Positions 12,372-23,700 are shown, counted from the first letter of the stretch. The stretch: DNA of 64,000 nt from Escherichia coli (GCF_003334765.1 NZ_QOWT01000010.1), one strand, 5' to 3'. The notes: a model not told the origin generated them from the sequence alone. Program-made: numbers and translations.

Positions 12372-13151
12372 ATGGCATTTAAGATCTGGCAAATTGGTTT
12401 GCATTTACAACAGCAAGAAGCGGTAGCGGTTGCGATCGTGCGGGGCGCAAAAGAATGCTTTTTGCAACGCTGGTGGCGGTTGCCGCTGGAGAACGACATT
12501 ATCAAAGATGGGCGGATTGTTGATGCGCAGCAGCTGGCTAAAACGTTGTTACCGTGGAGTCGCGAACTGCCGCAGCGTCATCACATTATGTTGGCGTTTC
12601 CCGCCAGTCGCACATTACAGCGGTCATTTCCGCGCCCGTCGATGTCCCTTGGTGAGCGGGAGCAAACGGCCTGGCTGTCAGGGACGATGGCCCGCGAGCT
12701 GGATATGGATCCGGACTCCCTGCGCTTCGATTACAGCGAAGACTCACTCAGTCCCGCCTATAACGTGACTGCCGCGCAAAGCAAAGAGCTGGCAACGCTG
12801 CTTACTCTGGCAGAAAGGTTGCGTGTTCATGTGAGCGCGATCACCCCGGATGCCAGTGCATTACAGCGATTCCTGCCTTTTTTACCTTCTCATCAGCAAT
12901 GTCTGGCCTGGCGTGATAACGAACAGTGGCTGTGGGCGACGCGCTATAGCTGGGGGCGCAAACTGGCGGTGGGGATGACTAGCGCGAAGGAGCTGGCGGC
13001 AGCGTTATCCGTTGATCCCGAAAGCGTCGCGATATGTGGCGAAGGCGGATTTGATCCCTGGGAGGCCGTTTCTGTTCGTCAGCCGCCGCTACCGCCGCCA
13101 GGTGGAGACTTTGCCATCGCGCTGGGGCTGGCGCTTGGGAAGGCGTACTGA
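12372..13151 (+). CDS. hofM: Type IV pilus/DNA-uptake assembly protein, PilM-like
   Basis: ORF track 268 aa; trimmed to MAFKIWQIGL start (259 aa); first of five tightly packed or overlapping genes. Confidence 0.85.
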   Translation: MAFKIWQIGLHLQQQEAVAVAIVRGAKECFLQRWWRLPLENDIIKDGRIVDAQQLAKTLLPWSRELPQRHHIMLAFPASRTLQRSFPRPSMSLGEREQTAWLSGTMARELDMDPDSLRFDYSEDSLSPAYNVTAAQSKELATLLTLAERLRVHVSAITPDASALQRFLPFLPSHQQCLAWRDNEQWLWATRYSWGRKLAVGMTSAKELAAALSVDPESVAICGEGGFDPWEAVSVRQPPLPPPGGDFAIALGLALGKAY

Positions 13152-13690
13152 TGAACCCGCCAATTAATTTTTTGCCCTGGCGACAGCAACGCCGGACCGC
13201 TTTTCTGCGTTTCTGGTTGCTGATGTTCGTTGCGCCTCTGCTGCTGGCCGTCGGGATAACGCTAATACTGCGTCTGACAGGCAGCGCCGAAGCGCGCATA
13301 GACGCAGTTTTGCTTCAGGCGGAACAACAACTCGCCCGCAGCTTACAGATAACGAAGCCACGTTTGCTGGAGCAACAGCAGTTACGCGAACAGCGTTCGC
13401 AACGGCAGCGCCAGCGACAATTTACCCGCGACTGGCAATCTGCGCTGGAAGCACTGGCGGCGCTTTTACCCGAGCACGCCTGGCTGACAACGATAAGCTG
13501 GCAGCAGGGAACGCTGGAGATCAAGGGGCTGACAACAAGCATTACCGCGTTAAACGCACTAGAAACGTCACTCCGCCAGGATGCATCTTTTCATCTCAAT
13601 CAGCGGGGAGCCACGCAGCAGGATGCGCAGGGACGCTGGCAATTTGAGTATCAGTTAACAAGGAAGGTTAGCGATGAACATGTTCTTTGA
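13151..13690 (+). CDS. hofN: PilN-like DNA-uptake/pilus assembly protein
   Basis: 179 aa; start overlaps the hofM stop (ATGA); single N-terminal TM helix. Confidence 0.85.
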   Translation: MNPPINFLPWRQQRRTAFLRFWLLMFVAPLLLAVGITLILRLTGSAEARIDAVLLQAEQQLARSLQITKPRLLEQQQLREQRSQRQRQRQFTRDWQSALEALAALLPEHAWLTTISWQQGTLEIKGLTTSITALNALETSLRQDASFHLNQRGATQQDAQGRWQFEYQLTRKVSDEHVL

Positions 13691-14114
13691 CTGGTGGTTC
13701 GCCACATCACCCCGCCTCCGCCAGCTTTGCTGGGCATTCTGGTTGCTGATGTTAGTTACGCTCATTTTTCTGTCATCGACACACCATGAAGAGCGCGACG
13801 CATTAATTCGACTACGGGCAAGTCATCACCAGCAGTGGGCCGCACTGTATCGCCTGGTAGACACCACTCCCTTCAGCGAGGAAAAAACGCTGCCCTTTTC
13901 GCCACTGGATTTTCAGTTATCCGGCGCGCAACTGGTTTCCTGGCATCCATCCGCGCAGGGAGGCGAGTTGGCGTTGAAAACGCTGTGGGAAGCAGTGCCG
14001 TCGGCATTTACACGGCTGGCAGAGCGCAACGTCAGCGTGAGCCGTTTTTCGTTAAGCGTGGAAGGTGATGATCTTTTGTTCACGCTACAACTGGAGACGC
14101 CGCATGAGGGTTAA
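13674..14114 (+). CDS. hofO: PilO-like DNA-uptake/pilus assembly protein
   Basis: 146 aa; overlaps the hofN 3' end; N-terminal TM helix. Confidence 0.8.
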   Translation: MNMFFDWWFATSPRLRQLCWAFWLLMLVTLIFLSSTHHEERDALIRLRASHHQQWAALYRLVDTTPFSEEKTLPFSPLDFQLSGAQLVSWHPSAQGGELALKTLWEAVPSAFTRLAERNVSVSRFSLSVEGDDLLFTLQLETPHEG

Positions 14115-14508
14115 ACGCTGGTTGTTGGCAGGTATTGCATTGTGCCTTTTAACCGGTATGCGTGACCCTTTTAAACCGCCGGAAGATCTATGCCGGATTA
14201 GCGAACTTAGCCAGTGGCGCTATCAGGGGATGGTAGGGCGAGGCGAGCGCATCATCGGTGTAATAAAAGACGGGCAAAAGAAATGGCGACGGGTGCAGCA
14301 AAACGATGTGCTGGAAAACGGCTGGACAATTTTACAGCTGACGCCAGACGTACTAACGCTGGGTACCGGGACAAACTGCGAACCGCCACAATGGTTGTGG
14401 CAACGGCAAGGAGATACAAATGAAGCAATGGATAGCCGCACTACTGTTGATGCTGATACCCGGCGTACAGGCGGCAAAGCCGCAAAAAGTGACGCTGATG
14501 GTGGATGA
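14104..14508 (+). CDS. hofP: PilP-like lipoprotein
   Basis: ORF track 147 aa; trimmed to MRVKRWLLAGIALCLLTG-C start (134 aa) with lipoprotein-type signal peptide. Confidence 0.8.
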   Translation: MRVKRWLLAGIALCLLTGMRDPFKPPEDLCRISELSQWRYQGMVGRGERIIGVIKDGQKKWRRVQQNDVLENGWTILQLTPDVLTLGTGTNCEPPQWLWQRQGDTNEAMDSRTTVDADTRRTGGKAAKSDADGG

Positions 14509-15658
14509 CGTTCCGGTAGCTCAGGTGTTGCAGGCGCTGGCTGAACAGGAGAAGTTGAACCTGGTCGTGTCGCCAGACGTCAGCGGTACGGTGTCGTTAC
14601 ATCTAACAGATGTTCCCTGGAAGCAGGCACTACAAACTGTAGTGAAAAGCGCCGGACTGATAACGCGGCAGGAAGGCAACATTCTCTCAGTGCATTCCAT
14701 TGCCTGGCAGAATAACAATATCGCCCGCCAGGAGGCGGAGCAGGCGCGGGCGCAGGCAAATCTGCCGCTGGAAAATCGCAGTATAACCCTGCAATACGCC
14801 GACGCGGGAGAACTGGCGAAAGCGGGGGAGAAGCTACTGAGTGCCAAAGGGAGTATGACCGTCGATAAACGCACCAATCGCCTTTTGCTACGAGATAACA
14901 AAACGGCGTTAAGCGCGCTTGAACAGTGGGTAGCGCAAATGGATCTGCCGGTCGGGCAGGTTGAGCTGTCGGCGCATATTGTCACCATTAATGAAAAAAG
15001 TTTGCGTGAGTTAGGCGTGAAATGGACGCTGGCCGATGCGCAACACGCTGGTGGCGTTGGGCAAGTCACCACGCTTGGTAGCGACCTCTCCGTAGCGACG
15101 GCGACAACGCATGTCGGTTTTAACATTGGGCGCATCAACGGACGCTTGCTGGATCTTGAGCTTTCCGCGCTCGAACAAAAACAGCAGCTGGATATTATCG
15201 CCAGTCCGCGTCTGCTGGCCTCACATCTTCAGCCTGCCAGCATTAAACAGGGGAGCGAAATTCCATATCAGGTTTCCAGCGGGGAAAGTGGCGCGACGTC
15301 GGTGGAATTTAAAGAGGCCGTCCTGGGGATGGAGGTCACGCCCACGGTGTTACAAAAAGGTCGCATCCGGCTGAAATTACACATCAGCCAGAACGTTCCG
15401 GGGCAGGTGCTACAGCAGGCCGATGGCGAAGTGCTGGCGATTGATAAGCAGGAGATCGAAACGCAGGTCGAGGTCAAAAGCGGAGAAACGTTGGCGCTGG
15501 GCGGCATTTTTACCCGTAAAAATAAATCGGGTCAGGATAGCGTACCGTTGCTTGGCGACATTCCCTGGTTCGGGCAATTATTTCGTCATGACGGAAAAGA
15601 AGATGAACGACGCGAGTTAGTGGTGTTTATCACGCCACGACTGGTTTCCAGTGAGTAA
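14420..15658 (+). CDS. hofQ: Outer-membrane secretin, PilQ/ComE-like
   Basis: 412 aa; signal peptide MKQWIAALLLMLIPGVQA; secretin C-terminal domain; overlaps hofP by 89 nt in another frame. Confidence 0.9.
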   Translation: MKQWIAALLLMLIPGVQAAKPQKVTLMVDDVPVAQVLQALAEQEKLNLVVSPDVSGTVSLHLTDVPWKQALQTVVKSAGLITRQEGNILSVHSIAWQNNNIARQEAEQARAQANLPLENRSITLQYADAGELAKAGEKLLSAKGSMTVDKRTNRLLLRDNKTALSALEQWVAQMDLPVGQVELSAHIVTINEKSLRELGVKWTLADAQHAGGVGQVTTLGSDLSVATATTHVGFNIGRINGRLLDLELSALEQKQQLDIIASPRLLASHLQPASIKQGSEIPYQVSSGESGATSVEFKEAVLGMEVTPTVLQKGRIRLKLHISQNVPGQVLQQADGEVLAIDKQEIETQVEVKSGETLALGGIFTRKNKSGQDSVPLLGDIPWFGQLFRHDGKEDERRELVVFITPRLVSSE

Positions 15659-16058
15659 ACAGCCGTAAAAGCGGTAATGTTTTTACGCTGAACGTGTTTC
15701 ATCTATTTGACGCGCGCAGGTATTTAGCATACAAGGAGTACCGATTTGAGAGTTGGTGCTCTTCGCTGCCTGCGTTCCATGATGATGATTTATCATTCAG
15801 GCGGCATTTTGCTGTCTTTTTTACGCTAATCTTACCCGGTGATTTATCGCCAGAGCGGTGGTAGCAAGGCAGCGCGCTTGCAGCGACCAGATATGCAGAG
15901 GGATGGGTGATTTATTCAGTTGCCAAACCCGCTGGAGTATTGAGATAATTTTCAGTCTGACTCTCGCAATATCTTATGAGGTTTCAGTTCATGTCCTGCG
16001 GCGCTCTCTGAGCGAAGCGGGTTTATCATTAACGAATAGTCTTAGTAGTACCGAAAAA

Positions 16059-16580
16059 ATGGCAGAGAAACGCAATATCTTTCTGGTTGGGCCTATGGGT
16101 GCCGGAAAAAGCACTATTGGGCGCCAGTTAGCTCAACAACTCAATATGGAATTTTACGATTCCGATCAAGAGATTGAGAAACGAACCGGAGCTGATGTGG
16201 GCTGGGTTTTCGATTTAGAAGGCGAAGAAGGCTTCCGCGATCGCGAAGAAAAGGTCATCAATGAGTTGACCGAGAAACAGGGTATTGTGCTGGCTACTGG
16301 CGGCGGCTCTGTGAAATCCCGTGAAACGCGTAACCGTCTTTCCGCTCGTGGCGTTGTCGTTTATCTTGAAACGACCATCGAAAAGCAACTTGCACGCACG
16401 CAGCGTGATAAAAAACGCCCGTTGCTGCACGTTGAAACACCGCCGCGTGAAGTTCTGGAAGCGTTGGCCAATGAACGCAATCCGCTGTATGAAGAGATTG
16501 CCGACGTGACCATTCGTACTGATGATCAAAGCGCTAAAGTGGTTGCAAACCAGATTATTCACATGCTGGAAAGCAACTAA
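16059..16580 (+). CDS. aroK: Shikimate kinase I
   Basis: ORF track 240 aa with a long in-frame leader; trimmed to [19 protein letters not shown] (173 aa); Walker A present. Confidence 0.88.
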   Translation: MAEKRNIFLVGPMGAGKSTIGRQLAQQLNMEFYDSDQEIEKRTGADVGWVFDLEGEEGFRDREEKVINELTEKQGIVLATGGGSVKSRETRNRLSARGVVVYLETTIEKQLARTQRDKKRPLLHVETPPREVLEALANERNPLYEEIADVTIRTDDQSAKVVANQIIHMLESN

Positions 16581-16636
16581 TTCTGGCTTTATATACACTC
16601 GTCTGCGGGTACAGTAATTAAGGTGGATGTCGCGTT

Positions 16637-17725
16637 ATGGAGAGGATTGTCGTTACTCTCGGGGAACGTAGTTACCCAATTACCATCGCATCTGGTTTGT
16701 TTAATGAACCAGCTTCATTCTTACCGCTGAAATCGGGCGAGCAGGTCATGTTGGTCACCAACGAAACCCTGGCTCCTCTGTATCTCGATAAGGTCCGCGG
16801 CGTACTTGAACAGGCGGGTGTTAACGTCGATAGCGTTATCCTCCCTGACGGCGAGCAGTATAAAAGCCTGGCTGTACTCGATACCGTCTTTACGGCGTTG
16901 TTACAAAAACCGCATGGTCGCGATACTACGCTGGTGGCGCTTGGCGGCGGCGTAGTGGGCGATCTGACCGGCTTCGCGGCGGCGAGTTATCAGCGCGGTG
17001 TCCGTTTCATTCAAGTCCCGACGACGTTACTGTCGCAGGTCGATTCCTCCGTTGGCGGCAAAACTGCGGTCAACCATCCCCTCGGTAAAAACATGATTGG
17101 CGCGTTCTACCAACCTGCTTCAGTGGTGGTGGATCTCGACTGTCTGAAAACGCTTCCCCCGCGTGAGTTAGCGTCGGGGCTGGCAGAAGTCATCAAATAC
17201 GGCATTATTCTTGACGGTGCGTTTTTTAACTGGCTGGAAGAGAATCTGGATGCGTTGTTGCGTCTGGACGGTCCGGCAATGGCGTACTGTATTCGCCGTT
17301 GTTGTGAACTGAAGGCAGAAGTTGTCGCCGCCGACGAGCGCGAAACCGGGTTACGTGCTTTACTGAATCTGGGACACACCTTTGGTCATGCCATTGAAGC
17401 TGAAATGGGGTATGGCAATTGGTTACATGGTGAAGCGGTCGCTGCGGGTATGGTGATGGCGGCGCGGACGTCGGAACGTCTCGGGCAGTTTAGTTCTGCC
17501 GAAACGCAGCGTATTATAACCCTGCTCAAGCGGGCTGGGTTACCGGTCAATGGGCCGCGCGAAATGTCCGCGCAGGCGTATTTACCGCATATGCTGCGTG
17601 ACAAGAAAGTCCTTGCGGGAGAGATGCGCTTAATTCTTCCGTTGGCAATTGGTAAGAGTGAAGTTCGCAGCGGCGTTTCGCACGAGCTTGTTCTTAACGC
17701 CATTGCCGATTGTCAATCAGCGTAA
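16637..17725 (+). CDS. aroB: 3-dehydroquinate synthase
   Basis: 362 aa; recognised AroB; NAD-binding glycine-rich segment GGGVVGD. Confidence 0.93.
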
Positions 17726-17816
17726 CAACAAGAAAGGTCAGGCCGCTTATCAAGCGGTCTATTAGCTTCAGGTTAATTGCAACGTGGTAAGCATTAACCT
17801 TTTAGTGGGGTGTTAA

Positions 17817-19103
17817 ATGGATGAATTCAAACCAGAAGACGAGCTGAAACCCGATCCCAGCGATCGTCGTACTGGTCGTTCTCGTCAATCTTCTGAACGT
17901 TCTGAGCGTACTGAACGTGGCGAACCGCAGATCAATTTTGATGATATTGAACTTGATGACACTGACGATCGCCGTCCGACTCGTGCGCAAAAAGAGCGCA
18001 ATGAGGAACCGGAAATCGAAGAAGAAATTGACGAATCCGAAGATGAAACCGTGGATGAAGAGCGCGTAGAGCGTCGTCCGCGTAAGCGCAAAAAAGCAGC
18101 CAGTAAACCCGCTTCTCGTCAGTATATGATGATGGGCGTCGGCATTCTGGTTCTACTGCTGTTGATCATCGGTATCGGTTCTGCGCTAAAAGCCCCCTCG
18201 ACCACTTCCAGCGATCAAACCGCGTCTGGCGAGAAGAGTATTGATCTTGCTGGCAATGCGACCGATCAGGCGAATGGCGTGCAGCCAGCGCCGGGAACCA
18301 CGTCTGCGGAAAATACTCAGCAGGATGTTTCTCTGCCACCGATCTCTTCTACGCCGACTCAAGGGCAAACCCCGGTGGCAACGGATGGTCAACAACGTGT
18401 TGAAGTGCAGGGTGACCTGAACAATGCGCTGACCCAGCCACAAAATCAGCAACAGCTGAACAATGTGGCGGTCAATTCCACGTTGCCGACTGAACCCGCA
18501 ACGGTTGCGCCTGTTCGCAATGGCAATGCATCGCGTGACACGGCGAAAACGCAAACCGCTGAACGTCCGTCCACTACGCGCCCAGCTCGTCAGCAGGCGG
18601 TGATTGAACCGAAAAAACCGCAAGCAACCGTGAAAACGGAGCCGAAGCCGGTAGCACAGACGCCGAAGCGTACTGAACCAGCTGCCCCTGTGGCGAGCAC
18701 GAAGGCACCGGCTGCGACTTCTACGCCAGCACCAAAAGAGACGGCGACTACGGCTCCAGTACAGACGGCATCCCCGGCGCAAACCACGGCAACACCCGCT
18801 GCTGGGGCGAAGACCGCAGGTAATGTTGGTTCGTTGAAATCGGCACCGTCCAGCCATTACACTCTGCAGCTGAGCAGTTCCTCTAACTACGACAACCTGA
18901 ACGGTTGGGCGAAGAAAGAGAATCTGAAAAACTACGTTGTCTATGAAACGACGCGTAATGGTCAGCCGTGGTATGTCCTGGTTTCTGGCGTGTACGCTTC
19001 GAAAGAAGAGGCGAAAAAAGCGGTATCTACATTGCCAGCAGATGTCCAGGCCAAAAACCCGTGGGCGAAACCGCTGCGTCAGGTACAGGCCGATCTGAAG
19101 TAA
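17817..19103 (+). CDS. damX: Cell division protein DamX (SPOR domain)
   Basis: 428 aa; acidic/basic N-terminus, single TM helix, long P/T/A/Q-rich linker, C-terminal SPOR-like domain. Confidence 0.9.
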
Positions 19104-19209
19104 TCAAGGTTATCTCCCGCAATGGTTTATCGTTGCGGGAGTTGCCTGAAGCGCTGGATGCTGTCGGAGCTTTCTCCACAGCCGGAGAAGGTGTAATTAG
19201 TTAGTCAGC

Positions 19210-20046
19210 ATGAAGAAAAATCGCGCTTTTTTGAAGTGGGCAGGGGGCAAGTATCCCCTGCTTGATGATATTAAACGGCATTTGCCCAAGGGCGAATGTC
19301 TGGTTGAGCCTTTTGTAGGTGCCGGGTCGGTGTTTCTCAACACCGACTTTTCTCGTTATATCCTTGCCGATATCAATAGCGACCTGATCAGTCTCTATAA
19401 CATTGTGAAGATGCGTACTGATGAGTACGTACAGGCCGCACGCGAGCTGTTTGTTCCCGAAACAAATTGCGCCGAGGTTTACTATCAGTTCCGCGAAGAG
19501 TTCAACAAAAGCCAGGATCCGTTCCGTCGGGCGGTACTGTTTTTATATTTGAACCGCTACGGTTACAACGGCCTGTGTCGTTACAATCTGCGCGGTGAGT
19601 TTAACGTGCCGTTCGGCCGCTACAAAAAACCCTATTTCCCGGAAGCAGAGTTGTATCACTTCGCTGAAAAAGCGCAGAATGCCTTTTTCTATTGTGAGTC
19701 TTACGCCGATAGCATGGCGCGCGCAGATGATGCATCCGTCGTCTATTGCGATCCGCCTTATGCACCGCTGTCTGCGACCGCCAACTTTACGGCGTATCAC
19801 ACAAACAGTTTTACGCTTGAACAACAAGCGCATCTGGCGGAGATCGCCGAAGGTCTGGTTGAGCGCCATATTCCAGTGCTGATCTCCAATCACGATACGA
19901 TGTTAACGCGTGAGTGGTATCAGCGCGCAAAATTGCATGTCGTCAAAGTTCGACGCAGTATAAGCAGCAACGGCGGCACACGTAAAAAGGTGGACGAACT
20001 GCTGGCTTTGTACAAACCAGGAGTCGTTTCACCCGCGAAAAAATAA
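19210..20046 (+). CDS. dam: DNA adenine methyltransferase (GATC)
   Basis: 278 aa; catalytic DPPY motif ([11 protein letters not shown]) and N-terminal SAM-binding FxGxG (EPFVGAGSV). Confidence 0.95.
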
Positions 20047-20063
20047 TTCTCAAGGAGAAGCGG

Positions 20064-20741
20064 ATGAAACAGTATTTGATTGCCCCCTCAATTCTGTCGG
20101 CTGATTTTGCCCGCCTGGGTGAAGATACCGCAAAAGCCCTGGCAGCTGGCGCTGATGTCGTGCATTTTGACGTCATGGATAACCACTATGTTCCCAATCT
20201 GACGATTGGGCCAATGGTGCTGAAATCCTTGCGTAACTATGGCATTACCGCCCCTATCGACGTACACCTGATGGTGAAACCCGTCGATCGCATTGTGCCT
20301 GATTTCGCTGCCGCTGGTGCCAGCATCATTACCTTTCATCCAGAAGCCTCCGAGCATGTTGACCGCACGCTGCAACTGATTAAAGAAAATGGCTGTAAAG
20401 CGGGTCTGGTATTTAACCCGGCGACACCTCTGAGCTATCTGGATTACGTGATGGATAAGCTGGATGTGATCCTGCTGATGTCCGTCAACCCTGGTTTCGG
20501 CGGTCAGTCTTTCATTCCTCAAACACTGGATAAACTGCGCGAAGTACGTCGCCGTATCGACGAGTCTGGCTTTGACATTCGACTAGAAGTGGACGGTGGC
20601 GTGAAGGTGAACAACATTGGCGAAATCGCTGCGGCGGGCGCGGATATGTTCGTCGCCGGTTCGGCAATCTTCGACCAGCCAGACTACAAAAAAGTCATTG
20701 ATGAAATGCGCAGTGAACTGGCAAAGGTAAGTCATGAATAA
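20064..20741 (+). CDS. rpe: Ribulose-phosphate 3-epimerase
   Basis: 225 aa; recognised Rpe. Confidence 0.93.
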   Translation: MKQYLIAPSILSADFARLGEDTAKALAAGADVVHFDVMDNHYVPNLTIGPMVLKSLRNYGITAPIDVHLMVKPVDRIVPDFAAAGASIITFHPEASEHVDRTLQLIKENGCKAGLVFNPATPLSYLDYVMDKLDVILLMSVNPGFGGQSFIPQTLDKLREVRRRIDESGFDIRLEVDGGVKVNNIGEIAAAGADMFVAGSAIFDQPDYKKVIDEMRSELAKVSHE

Positions 20742-21492
20742 GTTTGAAGATATTCGCGGCGTCGCTTTTGATCTTGATGGTACGCTGGTCGACAGTGCTC
20801 CTGGTCTTGCTGCTGCGGTAGATATGGCGCTGTATGCGCTGGAGTTGCCCGTCGCAGGTGAAGAACGCGTTATTACCTGGATTGGTAACGGCGCAGATGT
20901 TCTGATGGAGCGCGCATTGACCTGGGCGCGTCAGGAACGTGCGACTCAGCGTAAAACAATGGGTAAACCGCCCGTTGATGACGACATTCCGGCAGAAGAA
21001 CAGGTACGTATTCTGCGTAAACTGTTCGATCGCTACTATGGCGAGGTTGCCGAAGAGGGGACGTTTTTGTTCCCGCACGTTGCCGATACGTTGGGCGCGT
21101 TGCAGGCTAAAGGCCTGCCGCTAGGCCTGGTCACCAACAAACCGACGCCGTTCGTCGCGCCGCTGCTCGAAGCCTTAGATATCGCCAAATACTTCAGCGT
21201 GGTGATTGGTGGTGATGATGTGCAAAACAAAAAACCGCATCCGGACCCGCTGTTACTGGTGGCTGAGCGGATGGGAATTGCCCCACAACAGATGCTGTTT
21301 GTCGGCGACTCACGCAATGATATTCAGGCGGCAAAAGCGGCAGGTTGCCCATCAGTTGGCTTAACCTACGGATATAACTACGGCGAGGCTATCGATCTCA
21401 GCCAGCCTGATGTAATTTATCAGTCTATAAATGACCTTCTGCCCGCATTAGGGCTTCCGCATAGCGAAAATCAGGAATCGAAAAATGACTAA
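20734..21492 (+). CDS. gph: Phosphoglycolate phosphatase (HAD family)
   Basis: 252 aa; HAD motif [11 protein letters not shown]; start overlaps the rpe stop. Confidence 0.92.
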
Positions 21493-22489
21493 GCCCATCG
21501 TTTTTAGTGGCGCACAGCCCTCAGGTGAATTGACCATTGGTAACTACATGGGTGCGCTGCGTCAGTGGGTAAACATGCAGGATGACTACCATTGCATTTA
21601 CTGTATCGTTGACCAACACGCGATCACCGTGCGCCAGGATGCACAGAAGCTGCGTAAAGCGACGCTGGATACGCTGGCCTTGTATCTGGCTTGTGGTATC
21701 GATCCTGAGAAAAGCACCATTTTTGTTCAGTCCCACGTGCCGGAACATGCACAGTTAGGCTGGGCACTGAACTGCTATACCTACTTCGGCGAACTGAGTC
21801 GCATGACGCAGTTTAAAGATAAATCTGCGCGTTATGCCGAGAACATCAACGCTGGTCTGTTTGACTATCCGGTGCTGATGGCAGCGGACATCCTGCTGTA
21901 TCAAACTAATCTGGTACCGGTGGGTGAAGACCAGAAACAGCACCTCGAACTGAGCCGCGATATTGCCCAGCGTTTCAACGCGCTGTATGGCGAGATCTTT
22001 AAGGTGCCGGAGCCGTTTATTCCGAAATCTGGCGCGCGCGTAATGTCGCTGCTGGAGCCGACCAAGAAGATGTCCAAGTCTGACGATAATCGCAATAACG
22101 TTATCGGCCTGCTGGAAGATCCGAAATCGGTAGTGAAGAAAATCAAACGTGCGGTCACTGACTCCGACGAGCCGCCGGTAGTTCGCTACGATGTGCAGAA
22201 CAAAGCGGGCGTTTCCAACCTGTTGGATATCCTTTCAGCGGTAACGGGCCAGAGCATCCCAGAACTGGAAAAACAGTTCGAAGGCAAGATGTATGGTCAT
22301 CTGAAAGGTGAAGTGGCTGATGCCGTTTCCGGTATGCTGACTGAATTGCAGGAACGCTATCACCGTTTCCGCAACGATGAAGCCTTCCTGCAACAGGTGA
22401 TGAAAGATGGCGCGGAAAAAGCCAGCGCGCACGCTTCCCGTACGCTAAAAGCGGTGTACGAAGCGATTGGTTTTGTGGCGAAGCCGTAA
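21485..22489 (+). CDS. trpS: Tryptophan--tRNA ligase
   Basis: 334 aa; class I signatures TIGNYMG and KMSKS present; start overlaps the gph 3' end. Confidence 0.95.
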   Translation: MTKPIVFSGAQPSGELTIGNYMGALRQWVNMQDDYHCIYCIVDQHAITVRQDAQKLRKATLDTLALYLACGIDPEKSTIFVQSHVPEHAQLGWALNCYTYFGELSRMTQFKDKSARYAENINAGLFDYPVLMAADILLYQTNLVPVGEDQKQHLELSRDIAQRFNALYGEIFKVPEPFIPKSGARVMSLLEPTKKMSKSDDNRNNVIGLLEDPKSVVKKIKRAVTDSDEPPVVRYDVQNKAGVSNLLDILSAVTGQSIPELEKQFEGKMYGHLKGEVADAVSGMLTELQERYHRFRNDEAFLQQVMKDGAEKASAHASRTLKAVYEAIGFVAKP

Positions 22490-22521
22490 TTCACTATTGC
22501 TGGCAAATTGCGCTTTGTTCA

Positions 22522-22556
22522 TGCCGGATGCGGCGTGAACGCCTTATCCGGCCTAC
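22522..22556. repeat. REP element
   Basis: gccggatgcggcgtgaacgccttatccggcctac, a canonical REP sequence. Confidence 0.75.
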
Positions 22557-22584
22557 AAAGTAATGCACATATTGCAAGGAAATG

Positions 22585-22615
22585 TAGGCCTGATAAGCGT
22601 AGCGCATCAGGCAAT
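22585..22615. repeat. REP element (second unit, opposite orientation)
   Basis: gtaggcctgataagcgtagcgcatcaggcaa. Confidence 0.65.
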
Positions 22616-22636
22616 TTTGCTTTTATCATCACTCTG

Positions 22637-22660
22637 AAACCGGGGAAACCCGGTTTTTTT
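22637..22660 (+). terminator. Intrinsic terminator ending the aroK-trpS transcription unit
   Basis: Hairpin aaaccgggg-aaa-ccccggttt followed by a run of 7 T. Confidence 0.65.
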
Positions 22661-22778
22661 ATCCTCATTTGCAATAATCCGAAAAAATGTGAAGTGCCTC
22701 GCCGTTTCCACATCTCGCTGTTGCGCCTTATCTTCAAATTCCTGAAGATATAAATATTCAATTTACTGAAAATTTATT

Positions 22779-23684
22779 ATGCGTCGAACGTTTATCAAAA
22801 AAGAAGGCGTCGTCATCACGACGCTGGCCCGTTATTTGTTGGGTGAAAAGTGCGGTAATCGATTGAAAACCATAGATGAGCTGGCAAATGAATGCCGTTC
22901 ATCCGTTGGCCTGACGCAGGCCGCGTTGAAAACGCTGGAATCAAGCGGAGCGATACGGATTGAACGCCGTGGGCGCAATGGCAGTTATCTGGTCGAGATG
23001 GATAACAAAGCATTGCTGACTCATGTGGATATCAACAACGTGGTATGTGCAATGCCCTTGCCCTATACCCGTTTGTACGAAGGCCTGGCGAGCGGATTGA
23101 AAGCCCAGTTTGATGGCATTCCTTTTTACTATGCGCACATGCGTGGCGCGGATATTCGCGTGGAGTGTCTGCTTAATGGCGTGTATGACATGGCGGTGGT
23201 TTCGCGACTAGCGGCGGAAAGTTATCTCACGCAAAAAGGCTTATGCCTCGCGCTGGAGTTGGGGCCGCACACCTACGTTGGCGAGCACCAGTTGATTTGC
23301 CGTAAAGGCGAGTCCGCAAACGTGAAGCGCGTGGGGCTGGATAACCGTTCGGCGGATCAGAAAATCATGACCGATGTTTTTTTTGGCGGTAGTGATGTGG
23401 AACGAGTCGATCTCTCTTATCACGAGAGTTTACAACGCATTGTTAAAGGCGATGTCGATGCGGTGATCTGGAACGTGGTGGCGGAAAACGAACTGACCAT
23501 GCTGGGATTAGAGGCGACGCCGCTCACAGACGATCCGCGATTTTTACAGGCCACCGAAGCCGTGGTCCTGACGCGAGTCGATGATTACCCAATGCAACAA
23601 CTGCTGCGTGCCGTTGTAGATAAACACGCCCTGCTCGCCCATCAACAACGGGTAGTGAGTGGGGAACAGGAACCGAGTTATTAA
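22779..23684 (+). CDS. yhfZ: Putative transcriptional regulator (N-terminal HTH-like region plus C-terminal ligand-binding-like domain)
   Basis: 301 aa; first gene of the cryptic yhf cluster; recognised as YhfZ. Confidence 0.8.
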   Translation: MRRTFIKKEGVVITTLARYLLGEKCGNRLKTIDELANECRSSVGLTQAALKTLESSGAIRIERRGRNGSYLVEMDNKALLTHVDINNVVCAMPLPYTRLYEGLASGLKAQFDGIPFYYAHMRGADIRVECLLNGVYDMAVVSRLAAESYLTQKGLCLALELGPHTYVGEHQLICRKGESANVKRVGLDNRSADQKIMTDVFFGGSDVERVDLSYHESLQRIVKGDVDAVIWNVVAENELTMLGLEATPLTDDPRFLQATEAVVLTRVDDYPMQQLLRAVVDKHALLAHQQRVVSGEQEPSY

Positions 23685-23700
23685 ACGAAAGGCATCTGAT

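Noticed and set aside
17885-18857. Minus-strand ORFs (68, 223 and 65 aa) antisense to damX with Ser/Arg/Cys-rich translations
   Set aside because: Generated by the repetitive, low-complexity damX coding sequence; not plausible proteins.
22508-22761. Two overlapping ~80-aa ORFs in the trpS-yhfZ intergenic region
   Set aside because: The region is occupied by two REP elements and a terminator hairpin; the ORFs are translations of repeat DNA.
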